In this document: piece by piece, positions 48,559 through 61,281 of the stretch
How positions within the stretch are numbered: the stretch's first letter is position 1
Layout of the letters: each line of letters begins with the position of its first letter
Origin: an uncultured Actinomycetes bacterium
Lineage (GTDB): Bacteria; Actinomycetota; Thermoleophilia; RBG-16-64-13
Direction of reading: 5' to 3'
DNA: 64,000 bases
NCBI GenBank assembly: GCA_963806155.1
Contig: CAWDXC010000018.1
Coordinates: 112,605-176,604, forward strand
Program-made: the position numbers and the translations under genes
The notes under the pieces: model-generated
What the model was told of the DNA's origin: nothing
The model's input: only the letters and a program-made list of their open reading frames with translations
The model's database searches: none

Positions 48559-49642
48559 CCGACTTCGCCGCCGGCTTCTTCGCCCCCTGGATCATCTACG
48601 CGGTCATTCTCGCGCTCCATCTGGTGTTGCCGGCGCGGAAGGTCGACGGCTACGTCAACGACCCGACCACCGGTCTGCCCCTGCGATATCGGCTCAACGG
48701 TCCCCTGGTCCTCGTCGTCCTGGTGCTGCTGTGGGTGGTCTTCAGTGCCACCGGCGTCTTTGCCTGGGATTGGCTGTGGACCCACCGCTGGTCGGGACTG
48801 ATCGGCTCGGCGACGCTCGGGGTGCTCTTCAGCGTCGCCATCGTCCTGCCGGCTCCGCGCACCGGCCGCTCGCTCCTTGCCGACCTGTACTTCGGCCGCT
48901 GGGAGAATCCGCGACTATTCGGCCGCCGGGTCGACGTCAAGATGTTCCTGTACCTGATCGGCGCCACCATGCTCGCGCTCAACATCCTCTCGTTCACGGC
49001 GCACCACGTGCTGGAGTTCGGATCGGCCGCCTCCCCCGGCGTTGGCCTCTACTGCGCACTCTTCTTCTGGTTCATCATCGACTATCTCGTCTTCGAGCGG
49101 GTCCACCTCTACACCTACGACATCTTCGCGGAGCGCGTGGGGTTCAAGCTCGGTTGGGGGTGCTTCACCTTCTACCCGTATTTCTACGCCGTGGGGCTGT
49201 GGGCGGTCGCCGACAAGGCCGACCCGGGCACTTCCTCGTGGCTTCTCGCGATCTACGCGGTCATCTTCTTCGACGGGCTGGGGCCTCTCTCGTGGCGCGA
49301 ACATGCAGAAGTACACCTTCAAGAGAGACCCCGAGCGCCTCTTTCTTGGTTTCATGAGGCCACGCGTTCTGACGGATGGGAAGAATGCTCTGCTTTCCGG
49401 CGGATTCTGGTCCGTGTCCCGGCACGTGAACTATCTGGGGGAGATCCTCATGGCCGTGGGCCTGACCCTGGTCTTGGGCTATCCCGGCTACTGGGTGGTG
49501 TGGCTCTATCCGCTGTACTACGTGGCGCTGCTCTTCGCGCGCGAGCGGGCCGATGAGCGCCGCTGCGCCGCCAAGTACGGCGAGCTGTGGACAGAGTATG
49601 AGCGGCGGGTGCCCGCGCCGGATCATCCCCTGGCTGTACTAA
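48555..49642 (+). CDS. ERG4/ERG24-family (sterol C14/C7-reductase-like) membrane reductase; frameshifted
   Basis: LRYRLNG, LYFGRWENPR, DVKMF, TYDIFAERVGFKLGWG, ANMQKYTFK, GFWSVSRHVNYLGE, RERADERRCAAKYG..W.EY.RRVP.RIIPWLY. Confidence 0.85.
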
Positions 49643-49739
49643 AGGCGCGCGGGCTGATTCACGTTGCCGTGGCTGGCGAGTGAAATGAAACCAGAGGGGG
49701 AACATCCGCTTCGAGCGACTCGATGAAGGGAGAGAGATC

Positions 49740-51203
49740 GTGAGTGACGAGCAGAAGAAGTTGACCACCAATTTCGGGGCTCCTGTCCCCAACAACCAGG
49801 ACAGCATGACCGCTGGACCTCGGGGACCGATGCTGTTGCAGGACGTCTGGTTCTTGGAGAAGCTGGCCAACTTCGACCGGGAGGTGATACCCGAGCGCCG
49901 CATGCACGCCAAAGGTTCCGGCGCCTTCGGCACTTTCACGGTCACCAACGACATCACCAAGTACACCAAGGCCAAGCTCTTCTCCGCCGTCGGCAAGAAG
50001 ACCGACCTCTTTGTGCGCTTCTCCACCGTGGCCGGCGAGCGGGGGGCCGCCGACGCCGAGCGCGACATCCGCGGCTTCGCGGTGAAGCTCTACACCGAGG
50101 AAGGCAACTGGGACCTGGTGGGCAACAACACCCCGGTCTTCTTCTTCCGCGATCCGCTGAAGTTCCCCGACCTCAACCACGCGGTCAAGCGCGATCCCCG
50201 CACCAACATGCGCAGCGCGCAGAACAACTGGGACTTCTGGAGCTCGCTCCCCGAGGCGCTCCATCAGATCACCATCGTCATGAGCGACCGCGGTCTCCCC
50301 GCCACCTATCGCCACATGCACGGCTTCGGCAGCCATACGTTCAGCCTGATCAACGCAGCCGGCGAGCGGAACTGGGTGAAGTTCCACTGGGTCTGCCAGC
50401 AGGGCATCAAGACCCTCACCGACGACGAGGCCACGGAGATCGTGGGCAAAGATCGGGAGAGCCACCAGCGCGACCTGTACGAGGCCATCGAGAACAAGGA
50501 CTTCCCCAAGTGGAAGCTCTGCGTCCAGGTGATGCCCGAGAAAGACGCCGCTACCTACAAGTTCCATCCGTTCGACCTGACCAAGGTCTGGCTGCACGGC
50601 GACTACCCGGTCACGGAGGTCGGCGTGATGGAGCTCAACAAGAACCCGGAGAACTACTTCGCCGAGGTGGAACAGGCCGCGTTCAACCCGGCCAACATCG
50701 TGCCGGGCATCGGCTTCTCGCCCGACAAGATGCTGCAGGGGCGCCTGTTCTCGTACGGAGACGCGCAGCGCTACCGCCTGGGCGTGAACCACCACCTCAT
50801 CCCCGTCAACCAGGCCCGCTGCCCGGTGCACGGCTTCAGCCGCGACGGCGCCATGCGCGTGGACGGCAACTACGGCGGCACTCTGCACTACGAGCCCAAC
50901 AGCTACGGCGAGTGGCAGGAACAGCCCGAGTTCGCCGAGCCGCCGCTCGCGATCACGGGTGCCGCCGACCGCTGGGACGCCCGCGCGGACGACAGCGACT
51001 ACTACACCCAGCCGGGCCTGCTGTTCAACCTCATCGGGCCGGAGAAGCAGCGCGTGCTGTGCGAGAACACGGCGCGCAACCTGGCCGGGGTGACCAGGAA
51101 CGTGCAGATCCGCCACATCAGGAACTGCCTCAAAGCGGATCCCGCCTACGGAGAGGGAGTGGCGGCCGCTCTCGGCATCCCGATGAGCGAGGTCGCTGGG
51201 TAG
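49740..51203 (+). CDS. katA: Monofunctional heme catalase
   Basis: [56 protein letters not shown]. Confidence 0.97.
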   Translation: MSDEQKKLTTNFGAPVPNNQDSMTAGPRGPMLLQDVWFLEKLANFDREVIPERRMHAKGSGAFGTFTVTNDITKYTKAKLFSAVGKKTDLFVRFSTVAGERGAADAERDIRGFAVKLYTEEGNWDLVGNNTPVFFFRDPLKFPDLNHAVKRDPRTNMRSAQNNWDFWSSLPEALHQITIVMSDRGLPATYRHMHGFGSHTFSLINAAGERNWVKFHWVCQQGIKTLTDDEATEIVGKDRESHQRDLYEAIENKDFPKWKLCVQVMPEKDAATYKFHPFDLTKVWLHGDYPVTEVGVMELNKNPENYFAEVEQAAFNPANIVPGIGFSPDKMLQGRLFSYGDAQRYRLGVNHHLIPVNQARCPVHGFSRDGAMRVDGNYGGTLHYEPNSYGEWQEQPEFAEPPLAITGAADRWDARADDSDYYTQPGLLFNLIGPEKQRVLCENTARNLAGVTRNVQIRHIRNCLKADPAYGEGVAAALGIPMSEVAG

Positions 51204-51240
51204 CGGCGACCGCGGGTCTTGGCGCCGCCGAGACGGGGAT

Positions 51241-53015
51241 CTACGGAACCGTTTCGCCCGTGACGGTCCGGCCCTCGGCTATCCAGTCGTCGGCCGCGGC
51301 CTGGGCGGCGTAGATCGACTCGCCGAAGTGTTCGGTCTTCACGAATATGTTCTGGCGGGATACGGAATCGACCATCCCGGCCCGCGCGAGCTGTTGTCTG
51401 ATCGCCGGATCGACCTCGGCCAGCATCAGCCGGCTGTCGTGCGCCTTCAACTCGGCCGCGTACCGCTCGACCATGTTCATGAAGGTGCTGCCCAGCTCGG
51501 TCCGACCACGCAGGTTCAGGATGACCACCGCCCGGCGCGTGTTGTCGTCCACGGCCGGCAGCTTGTCCTCCAGAACGGGCGCGGCGGCATAGAAGAGGCT
51601 GCCATACGGGACGAGCACCGTCACGGTGCCGGGCAGGACGGTGGCCGGCGGGTCCAGTTCGACCGGAAGGCTTCCTTCTTTGAGCTTCCACTGCACGAGC
51701 GTCACCCGGTTCGATTGACGGACGGTGTAGAGCACGACGGAGAGCGCGACACCCGCCAGAATGGCGTACTGCAGCGGGATCATCAGGACCAGGGCGAAGG
51801 TGATGACCATCACCACCCGCTGTATGTTCCCCGTGCGCCAGACCATCGCCGCGCTGCCCGGCTTGAGCGTCCGGAACCCGATGACGATGAGCAAGTCCGG
51901 CCAGGGCCGGCATGGCCAGTTTGCCGACCGCTCCGGTGAACAGCAGGGTGATGACGGCGATGATCACGCCGGCGAAGATGTTGGCCAGACGGGTCCGGGC
52001 GCCGCTGTTGACGATGAGCGCTGTGGCCGATACCGAACCCCCGACCGGCATGCCCCGGAAGAATCCCGCCGCCACGTTGGCCGCCCCCTGGGCGATGAAG
52101 TCGCGTGACGCATCGGGATAGCGGCCGTCGGGGTTCACGTACGATTGACTCACGCCCGCTCCCTGGATGAGGCCGATGATCGCCAGCGACAGAGCCGGCG
52201 CCAGAAGCGGGATCGATCGCCATGAAGTCGGGCAGAGCAGGTCGGGGGAGTCCTCGCGTGATCTCGGCGATGTCCGACACCTGGGCGACCGACTGCCAAT
52301 CGAAGAGAAACGGTAGCAGCGACGCCACTATGAGCGCGACGACCATGCCGAGTTGACGGAGCCTGGTCTTATCAAGGACGAGGATGAGGATCACGGTGGT
52401 CAGGCCGACCGCGAGCGTCGGGAGATTCACGAGTCGCAGATTGAACAGCAGGTCTACGGCCCGCACGACCCGATTGCCGAACTCGCTCCGATATCCGGTG
52501 AAGTCGGCCAATTGCCCCAGGATTATCAGCAGGGCCACGCCGTTCATGAACCCCACCATCACCGAGTTCGAGACGAAGCGCATGAGGCGGCCCAGCTTGA
52601 GGAAGCCGGCGACCAGCATGAAGACGCCGGTCAGGATCGTGAGCATGAAGAGGGCCCCGGAGGTGAGGGCCTGCCCGGTGACCGCCGGCACTCCGGCCAC
52701 TACGAGCGACATGGCGCTCGTCGTCTGCACGCTCAGAAAGACCGAACTGGCGAAGAAGGCGCCGATGGGGGTAGCGAGCATGACCGCGTAGAGGGCAAAG
52801 ATCGGGTTGATTCCAGCGAGCACTCCCGAGGCGAGGGCATCGGGCACGCTGACCAAGCCGAGGACGAGGCCGGAAGACACATCGGGCCCTACAGTCCTAC
52901 GGTCCACTCTAATGCGCTTCAGCCTGCCTCTCAGCCCGGTCCGCGACTCGCCCTGCCCGCGGCTATCGGCTTGAGATTGGGGGGTAGGGGTTGAGCTCGA
53001 CCATGGCGCATCCAC
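51241..53015 (-). CDS. SulP-family anion transporter with STAS domain; frameshifted, start uncertain
   Basis: GLVSVPDALASGVLAG, LMRFVSNSVMVGF, QGAANVAAGFFRGMPVGGS, GARTR, YGSLFYAAA. Confidence 0.85.
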
Positions 53016-53065
53016 TCTATATCACCGGCGCCCGCCGGTCTAACCGTGTTCGGGGGACCCACGGC

Positions 53066-54220
53066 CTACTCGGCGGGGGCCGCCACCGCCTCATCCTCGT
53101 TCCTCTTCTTACTTGCGGAAGGACTGATGAAGGTGGAGAGTGCGCGCGTGCTCTCGTACGACTCGAAGAACAGCAGCTTCACCATCAACATCAGGGGTAC
53201 CGACATCAGCGCTCCCACCGGTCCCAGCACCCACGCCCAAAGGACGAAGGATAGGAAGACGGCCAGGGCAGAAAGGCCGGTCCGCTGACCCATGAACCGG
53301 GGGGCGATGGCGTTGTTGACGAAGCCGTTGATGACGATGACGATGGCTACCACAATGGCGGCGCGCGTGAAGCCGTACTCGAGCAGGGTGACGAAAAACG
53401 GGGGGATGACCGCCAACACGAAGCCGATGTTGGGGATGAAGCTGAGCAGAAAGAACATCAACGCCCACAGGAGGGCGAAGTCGACGCCGAAGGCGTAGTA
53501 CACGATCCCCGCGAAGATCGCGGTAAGGATGTTGAGCCAGGTCAACGTGAACAGGAAGGTCCGAGTCACCGTAGCGAAGTTGTAAAAGGCCTGGCCGAGT
53601 CTGGGGCCGAGGAGCAGGTCGTCCTGCAGCTTACGAGGGAAGGAGTACACCTCAGCGATCATGAAGGCCACGATGAGGACCATGAGGAACGCGTTCGAGA
53701 GCAAGGAGATGAGCAGGCGCACCGAGGAAGTCACCCATCCGATGACCTTGTCCGGCCGCAAGACGTTGCCGGTGATGCCGCTGATGTCGACGCCGCGATC
53801 CGCGAACCAGGTCTGCAGATCGGACGCGATCCGCGTCAGGTTCTCCTGGTAGACCGGGACCTTGGTATTGATCTGCCCGAGAGAGGTCGCGATGATGCCC
53901 ACGACGAGCGCGGCCACGACCAGGAAGCCCACCAGCACGATCAAGAGGGCCACCCACGCAGGCATTCCCCGGCGCTTGAGCCACTGCAGAATGGGACTCA
54001 GCCCCATGACCACGAACATGGCGAGGAAGATCGGAGCGAGGATGGACCGGGAGTACCTCATGCCGTAGAGGACTATCGTCGCGCACGCCAGGGCGAACAG
54101 CAGGCCGGAGGGGTGGCCGCGCAGGCCCTGCCCCACGTCACGCGCCCTCGTGCGCCTCCACGGCCTGCCCGGGCTGTCGGCCGCAGGCGCGTCGTGAGAT
54201 TCTGAGGCGTCCTGGTTCAT
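53066..54220 (-). CDS. AI-2E family transporter
   Basis: ILAPIFLA, WLKRRG, SFIPNIG, IAPRFMG..TGLS, WAWVLGPVGALMSVPL. Confidence 0.9.
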   Translation of the reverse strand: MNQDASESHDAPAADSPGRPWRRTRARDVGQGLRGHPSGLLFALACATIVLYGMRYSRSILAPIFLAMFVVMGLSPILQWLKRRGMPAWVALLIVLVGFLVVAALVVGIIATSLGQINTKVPVYQENLTRIASDLQTWFADRGVDISGITGNVLRPDKVIGWVTSSVRLLISLLSNAFLMVLIVAFMIAEVYSFPRKLQDDLLLGPRLGQAFYNFATVTRTFLFTLTWLNILTAIFAGIVYYAFGVDFALLWALMFFLLSFIPNIGFVLAVIPPFFVTLLEYGFTRAAIVVAIVIVINGFVNNAIAPRFMGQRTGLSALAVFLSFVLWAWVLGPVGALMSVPLMLMVKLLFFESYESTRALSTFISPSASKKRNEDEAVAAPAE

Positions 54221-54344
54221 GAGTGCTCCTTCGTCGGGATATCCTGCTATTACCACGCGGCGCTCTCCACACCTGCCTCCGGACGTCCCGCGGCCTGAGG
54301 GCGTCGCCCGGGCGCGCGGCGGCCTTCAGGCGTCAGGCTGCGGC

Positions 54345-54899
54345 CTAGGACAGGTGCTGGATCAGTATCCTCACGCCTATCCCGATCAGAACCAGCCCGC
54401 CCGCTCTCTCCGCCCACACCCCGAAGCGGTGGCCCAGGCGGCAGCCGAACAGAGCTCCGACCGCGCTGAGGATCGCGGCCACTATGCCTATCACCACGGC
54501 CGGGAACCATATGGAGATGTCGAGGAAGGCGAGGCTGAGCCCTACGGCCAGTGCGTCGATGCTGGTGGCCACCGCCAGTATCAGCAGGTGCCAGCCCCGA
54601 GTGGGGTCCTTGACGGGGGCCTCCTTGTCGCGGAACGATTCCCACAGCATCCTGGCGCCGATTATCGTGAGAAGGCCGAAGGCGATCCAGTGGTCGACTG
54701 CCTGAAAGAATCCAGAGAAGGTGGACCCGGCAAACCATCCGATCACCGGCATGGCGAACTGGAAGAAGCCAAAGGCTAGGGCGACACGTAGCACGTGTCC
54801 ATACCTGACCACCGCGATCTGCACGCCGCACGCGGTGGAGACGGCGAAGGCGTCCATCGCGAGACCGAGGGCTATGAGGAGAAGGTAGGGAAAGGTCAT
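54345..54899 (-). CDS. mntP: Manganese efflux pump MntP
   Basis: ALGLAMDAFAVS, FGFFQFAMPVIGW, ATSIDALAVG, GGLVLIGIG. Confidence 0.9.
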   Translation of the reverse strand: MTFPYLLLIALGLAMDAFAVSTACGVQIAVVRYGHVLRVALAFGFFQFAMPVIGWFAGSTFSGFFQAVDHWIAFGLLTIIGARMLWESFRDKEAPVKDPTRGWHLLILAVATSIDALAVGLSLAFLDISIWFPAVVIGIVAAILSAVGALFGCRLGHRFGVWAERAGGLVLIGIGVRILIQHLS

Positions 54900-54964
54900 A
54901 GGGGGTCAGGCGATCCTGTTTCGCGCGGCCATCGAGTGCGGCGTGGGACACCCCTCCACCTGCT

Positions 54965-56600
54965 CTAGCCCTCCGTCTGCGCCTGGACCAGGCTGTCCCC
55001 GTGGTACTTGCGCCTCAGTGCCGGCTTGTCGATCTTGCCGGTGGCGTTGCGGGGCACCTGGTCGAAGACGATGGTGCGCGGGCGCTTGTAGCGGGGGAGG
55101 GCGGAGCAGAACTCGAGGATATCCGCCTCGGTCCGGTGGTGCCCGCGCTTCAGCTGGACGATCGCCGCCGCGACCTCGCCCAAGCGCTCGTCGGGGAGAC
55201 CGATGACCGCGACGTCTTTGACGTCGGGATGGCGATGGAGGAAGTCCTCCACCTGCACCGGGTAGATGTTCTCGCCGCCGGTGATGATGACGTCCTTCTT
55301 ACGGTCCACCAGATGGATGAAGCCATCCTCGTCGGTCCGGGCCATGTCGCCGGTGAGGAGCCAGCCGTCGCGCATGACCGCCGCCGTCGCCTCGGGGTCG
55401 TTGTAGTAGCCCTTCATGACCCCGGGCCCTTTGACCGCCAGCTCCCCGATGGCGCCCGGCTCGACCGGCGCCCCGGAGTCGTCGACGATCATCGTCTCCC
55501 ACTGGTAGCCCGGGATGCCGATGGCTCCCACCTTGTGGACGTTCTCGATGCCCAGGTGCACGCACCCCGGGCCCACCGATTCGGTCAGCCCGTAGTCGGT
55601 GTCGTACTGGTGATCGGGGAAGTGCTCCAGCCAGCGGTGGACGAGACTGGGCGGCACCGGCTGGGCGCCAATGTGCATGAGCCGCCACTGCGCGAGCTCG
55701 TAGTCGTCCGGCCTTGACGTCACCCTGATCGATGGCCTGCAGGATGTCCTGCACCCAGGGGACAAGCAGCCAGACGATGGTGACCTTCTCGTCGGAGATG
55801 GTCTGGAGGATCCATTCCGGTTTGGTGCCGCGCAACAGCACACCCTTGCTGCCGGCCAGCAGACTGCCGAACCAGTGCATCTTGCCGCCTGTGTGATAGA
55901 GCGGGGCGATGCAGAGGAAGTTGTCGTCCCGACCCTGGCCGTGATGGTTCTGCTCCACCTCGGCCGCCGACATCAGGCTGCGGTGATCGTGCAGTATGGC
56001 CTTGGGGAAGCCGGTGGTGCCCGAGGAGAAATAGATCGCCCCGTCGTCCCGCTCGGAGATCTCGATGGGGGGTGGCTCGGACGAACAACCGAGCATCACC
56101 TCGCTGTAGCTCTCGGCGAACGTGGGGCAGTCGGCTCCTACGAAGAAGCGGGGGTCGAGTCCGGGCATCCGATCGATGACGGCCTCCACTCGGCCCACGA
56201 ACTCGGGCCCAAAGACCAACGCACGGGTCTCGGAGAGCTTGAGACAGTACTCGATCTCCTCCGCGGTGTAGCGATAGTTCATCGGTACCGCCACCGCCCC
56301 GGTCTTGAGGATGCCGAAGTAGATCGGGAGCCACTCCAGGCAGTTCATGAGGAGGATCGCCACCTTGTCGCCTCTGCCGATGCCCCGGCCCAGGAGCAGG
56401 TTGGCGAAGCGGTTGGCGCCCTCTTCAAAGAGCCGCCAGGTGATCTCGCGCCGGGAGTATTCGTGCGCGTTCGTCTCCATGAGCTCGTACTCCCGCCAGG
56501 TGACCTCGCGCTTCTGTTTCACCTCGGGGTTGACGCAGACCAAACACACCTCGTCGCCGTAGAGTGCGGCGTTGCGCGCGAGTAGCTCGGTGATGACCAT
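54965..56600 (-). CDS. Acyl-CoA synthetase (class I adenylate-forming enzyme); one frameshift
   Basis: YFSSGTTGFPKA, YGLTES, GELAVKGPGVMKGYY, TGDMA, DRKKDVIITGGENIYP, RNATGKI. Confidence 0.92.
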
Positions 56601-56727
56601 CGGTGGGAATCCCTTCTGGCGTGCTGCGGCGGGCTATTCTACAGGCTGGAGATGCCGGCGCGGTCGCCGCGGGAGGCCCGCGGGACGCGGGCGCCGCGGA
56701 AGGGCGGCTCCTCGATATACTGAGGGC

Positions 56728-57307
56728 ATGCCTGCGTCTTCACCCACGACTCCGAACCCACCCGCGTACCACGAGGTGCAGCGTTTTCGGCAGTGGTGGC
56801 TGTGGATGCTCGTCAGCGGGCCGGCCGTGCTCGCCTGGCTCCCGTTCATCCAGCAGATCTTGCGGGGAGAGCCGGTCGGCCAGAACCCGGCTCCCGATTG
56901 GGTGGTGTGGCTGCTGTGGCTGCTCATCGGACTGGGATTGCCCTTCCTGTTCGGCCGCCTCCGCCTGGTGCTCGAGGTGACGGATGCGGACGTGCTGATC
57001 CGCTATCGGCCCTTCTCGCGCCGTACGATCCCTCTCGTCCGACATCGGCCACGTGGAGGCCCGCAGCTACAACGCCGTCAAGGAGTACGGGGGCTGGGGC
57101 ATCAAGGGTTGGTCCAAAGACAAGATGGTGTACAACGTGAGCGGCGGTCGGGGCGCGGAGTTGACGTTGCGCGACGGCAGGCAGGTGATGCTCGGGTCTC
57201 AGCGAGCGGACGAGCTGGCCGCAGCCATCGAGGCGCAGCTAAGCAGGGTCGGTACAGCTCGACTGGGCGCGGCTGGATCTTCGGGCGACCGCTCGCGCAC
57301 TGCCTGA
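56728..57307 (+). CDS. DUF6141-like membrane protein; frameshifted
   Basis: EVQRFRQWWLW...EYGGWGIKG...YNVSGGRG..L.DGRQVMLGSQR. Confidence 0.7.
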
Positions 57308-57368
57308 CCTCACTTTCTCTACGGCCGTACGCCGGCCTTACGGCGGACCGGGTACTGTCTTGTCTGAG

Positions 57369-59364
57369 ATGAGAACACACGCCAAACCGACCCCCTGCGC
57401 CCGGCTACGGTCGTGGCGTCCCGAGTCCCGGCCCTGGTGGTCGTGGACCGGCCTGGGCTTGATCGCGATTCTTGCGCTTGCTCTTTTCACCTGGGGCCTA
57501 TCCCGGAACGGCATGGGGAACGAGTACTACGCCGCCGCGGTAAAGAGTGAAGCCGTCAGCTGGAAAGCCTGGTTCTTTGGCTCCCTCGATCCGGGTTCGT
57601 TCATCACCGTCGACAAACTGCCGGCCGCTCTGTGGCTGGAGGGGCTGTCCGCTCGATTGTTCGGCTTCTCCAGTTGGAGCATGCTGCTTCCGCAGGCGCT
57701 GGCCGGAGTGGCTTCCGTCCTGATCGTCTACCGCCTCGTCCGCCGCTGGCAGGGCGATGTCGCCGGTCTGCTGGCCGCGCTCGCGTTCGCTCTCACGCCG
57801 GTGGCGGTCGTCATGTTCCGCTTCAACAATCCCGACGCCCTGCTCACTCTTCTGCTCCTGACAGCCGCCTGGGCCTCTCTGGTCGGCCCTGGAGAAGGGA
57901 TCCACCTGGAGGCTCATGGCCTGCGGTGCCCTGGTGGGCTTCGCGTTTCTCACCAAGATGCTCGAAGCCTTGGTGGTTCTGCCCGCCTTCGCCCTCGTCT
58001 ATCTGGTGTGTGGCCCTCCCAAGCTGGGACGCAGGCTGCTCCAGGTGTTGGCCGCCACGGGCGCGCTGGTCGTCGCCGGCGGTTGGTGGGTGGCCGTCGT
58101 GGAATTGTGGCCGGCGGCGAGTCGGCCCTATATCGGCGGGAGCACCAACAACTCGGTCCTCGACCTGGTCTTCAGTCGTAGCGCCGGCTACCTGGGCGAT
58201 TCAGGTCCGACGCCGATCTTCAGTGGGGCCGCTGGCTGGCTGCGGATGTTCAACGACCAGACTGGGCGGCCAGATAGCCTGGCTCATCCCGCTGGCACTG
58301 GCCGGCCTGGTGGCTGGATTGTGGGCTACTCGCCGTGGACGGCGCACCGACCTCTCTCGTGCCGGCTATCTGCTCTGGGGAATGTGGGCCCTGCTCTATC
58401 TCGTCGCATTCAGTCTGGCCAAGGGCATTATCCATCCCTACTACGCCGTGATCGTCGCGCCCGCTCTGGCCGCGCTGGCCGGCGGAGGCTCGGTTGCGAT
58501 GTGGCGCCTGGGCAGGCAGAGCCGCTGGCTGGCCTGGGTCTTGCCGGCAGCCGTGTTCGGCACCGCCTACTTGTCGGCCTCGCTTCTCGGCCGCACCCCC
58601 GGATACGCACCCGGACTCGCCACAGGGATCATCGTGGCCGGAAGCGTGGCGGCGGTCGCACTGGCCTTGACTCTGACGCGGGTGACGGGGGCGAGAGCCC
58701 TCGCCATCGGTGCCGCCGCGGTCGCGATCGCGTGCGTTCTCGCCGGGCCCACCGCGTATTCGCTGACCACCGTTTCGCGCAACGTGACCGGACCGTTTGC
58801 CATGGCCGGTCCCGATGCCCTCGTGCGCGCGGTCGGGGGTCTTCGCGGTGTCGCCGCCCCGGGGGGTAGAACGTTCATGCTGCCCGGCGGCGCGGGCGGA
58901 CTTCAGCCCCAGCCGAGTGCGGATCCGGCGCTGGTGGATTACCTGCTTGCGAACCAGGGAACGTCGCAGTTCCTGGTGGCGGTTCAGGGGGCGCCGGCCG
59001 CGGCGCCGATCATAGTGGCGACCGGCGAACCGGTCATGGCCATCGGAGGCTTCTTGGGTTCGGATCCGACCCCGACGCTGGCCCAGTTTCAGCAACTGGT
59101 CGCCGCGAAGAAGGTACGTTACCTCCTCGCCGGCCGTGGAGCGGGGCTCGGCGGCCCGCCGTCCGCCCCGTCTCCACCGGCGGAGCGCCGGGTGAGTCGC
59201 CCGGAGGACCGCCTGCCGGCGGGGCCGGCTTTCCTGGAAGCCCGGGCGGTTCTTTCGGTACTTTCAGCGCCATCGCCCAGTGGGCGGCGCAGAACGGGAC
59301 CGCCATCGACGCCGGCCAATACGGTGGACGCACCGGCGGAGGCACGCTGTACCAGCTCTGGTAG
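57369..59364 (+). CDS. GT39/ArnT-like (YkcB-type) glycosyltransferase, paralog of 11928-13766; frameshifted
   Basis: GNEYYAAAVKS..SWKAWFFGSLDPGSFITVDK, FRFNNPDA, FLTKMLEA, RPYIGGS, IHPYY, VMAIGGFLGSDP; TAG 59362-59364. Confidence 0.85.
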
Positions 59365-59423
59365 CGGCCGCCTACGGCCGCGTCCCGCGGGCGAGCGTCG
59401 AGTCCGGATATACTCTTCCTACG

Positions 59424-60265
59424 ATGGAATCCCCTGTGGAATCTCAGTACTTCAACATTGGCCAAGGCCCTGTGCTCGCGATCGTCCCCGCTCACAACGA
59501 GGCCGGAAGGATAGGCGCGGTGGTCACGGCGGTTGCCGCCCAGGGACTGCCTGTTCTCGTGGTCGACGACGGCTCGGTGGACGATACCGGAGCCGAAGCC
59601 GCCGCCGCCGGCGCCCAGGTGCTCCGGCTCGAGCCGAACCGAGGCAAAGGTGGGGCGCTGAAGGCGGGTTTTCGCGAGGCCCTCGCCATGAGGGCTTTGC
59701 CGCGGGGTAGCGCTCTGGCGCGGAGGCCGCCGCGGCCGGCCCCGGCGAAGCCGCGTCCGGCTCCGACGACCCGCGGCCCGGCTGGGCGGCGTTTCTGACC
59801 CTCGATGGCGACGGCCAGCACGACGCGGCCGAGATACCGCAGTTCCTCGCGGCCTGGGAGCGCTCGGGTGCGGACCTCGTCGTCGGCATGCGCGACTACG
59901 ACCAGATGCCCCCGATCCGCTGGTTCACCAACACGGTCAGCCGCTTTATCTTCTCCCAGGCCCTCGGACGGCGAATCCCCGACAACCAATCCGGCTACCG
60001 CCTCCACACCCGCCGCATAGCCGAAGCCGCGCTTGCCAGCGAGGAGCAAGGCTTCGCCTTTGAGGTGGAGGAGATAGCCATCTGTGTCGGTCGAGGGTAT
60101 GAGCTGGCGTGGGTGCCGATCAAGACGATCTACGGGACCGAGAAGAGCGACATCAAGCCGTGGACGCACGTCTCCAGCTTCATACGGGTCACCCGTCGCG
60201 CGCGCCGCCGAATGAGGGCGGAGCGACGCGCGAACGTCCGGCCGACCGAGGCGCCTGCCGAGTAG
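59424..60265 (+). CDS. GT2 (polyprenol-phosphate glycosyltransferase-like); frameshifted
   Basis: IVPAHNEA, VVDDGSVDDT, NRGKGGALKAG, TLDGDGQHD, DNQSGYR. Confidence 0.85.
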
Positions 60266-60333
60266 CCGCGGCGCCCAGACACGGCCCCCGGGGTGCTAGA
60301 CTCAGCCGAAATCGACTACCGGGGGTAAGTACA

Positions 60334-61188
60334 GTGGAGATCCGGCTGAACGCCAACGCGGCTCAACCATTGGCGACCAAGGTCTTCTTCTGCGACGAAG
60401 AGGGATTCGAGGTCGCCTCAGTCATCGTCACCGGGAAGACCGACGCCGTACTCATCGACGCCCAGTGGACGCTATCGAGCGCCCATCGGGTGATCGTCGA
60501 AATACTAGAGACCGGCAAGAAGCTGACGACCATCTATCTGACCCACGCCCATCCCGATCACTACTTCGGGGCCGGTGCGATCGCCCAGGCGTTCCCCGAA
60601 GCTCGGGTGGTGGCGATCCCCTCGGAGGCCGACATCATCAACGCCCAGTTCTTCGGGAAGATAGAGACCTGGGAGAGCGTCATAGGCGCCCATAACGTGT
60701 GCCGGCAGGCCGTTCACGTGGAGTCCCTCACCGAGGACTACATCGAGCTCGAAGGCCAGCGCCTGGAGATCATTTCCAAGGTCATCGGCGACATGCGCTA
60801 CAACACCATGGTCTGGATCCCGTGTATCAAGACGCTGTACGCGAGTGACGTGCTGTTCAACCAGGCCCATCCTTTCACCTGCGAAGTCACGGCCGACGAG
60901 CGGCAGCAATGGATCAGGGAGATCGACAAGATCGAGACTATGGGGGCGGAAGTCATCATCCCCGGACACCAGAGACCCGGGATGCAGTTCGACAGGAGCT
61001 CTCTCGACTTCACCCGCGACTATCTCGTGGCGACCGAAGAGGAGCTGGCGCGGACGGATACCGTCGCCGACTTCTACTACGCAATGTCGGAGCGCTTCTC
61101 GTACGCTCATCTCAACCATCTGAGTAACGAGATGAACGCGAACGTGCTCAAAGGCGGCCGGGACTGGCACTGGCGCGAAGAGGACTGA
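60334..61188 (+). CDS. Metallo-beta-lactamase-fold hydrolase
   Basis: AVLIDAQW, IYLTHAHPDHYFG, ASDVLFN, IIPGH. Confidence 0.88.
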   Translation: MEIRLNANAAQPLATKVFFCDEEGFEVASVIVTGKTDAVLIDAQWTLSSAHRVIVEILETGKKLTTIYLTHAHPDHYFGAGAIAQAFPEARVVAIPSEADIINAQFFGKIETWESVIGAHNVCRQAVHVESLTEDYIELEGQRLEIISKVIGDMRYNTMVWIPCIKTLYASDVLFNQAHPFTCEVTADERQQWIREIDKIETMGAEVIIPGHQRPGMQFDRSSLDFTRDYLVATEEELARTDTVADFYYAMSERFSYAHLNHLSNEMNANVLKGGRDWHWREED

Positions 61189-61281
61189 ATCTCACTGTGG
61201 GGCGTCGCCGCCGAAGATTACGCTCGCCTCTTGTCGGGAATGATGTCGCCAGCAACGGCTCAAAGCGGCTAGGAGGGCAAG

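Noticed and set aside
47070-49556. 828-aa ORF suggesting an SDR-sterol reductase fusion
   Set aside because: Its first 219 codons are antisense to the DUF169 gene; the SDR/ERG24 join has an ATGA overlap at 48555-48558 and is best explained by a 1-nt indel.
49659-51116. 485-aa antisense ORF over catalase (and similar long antisense ORFs such as 43283-44527 and 6722-7984)
   Set aside because: Shadow ORFs expected from high-GC codon bias; no recognisable motifs.
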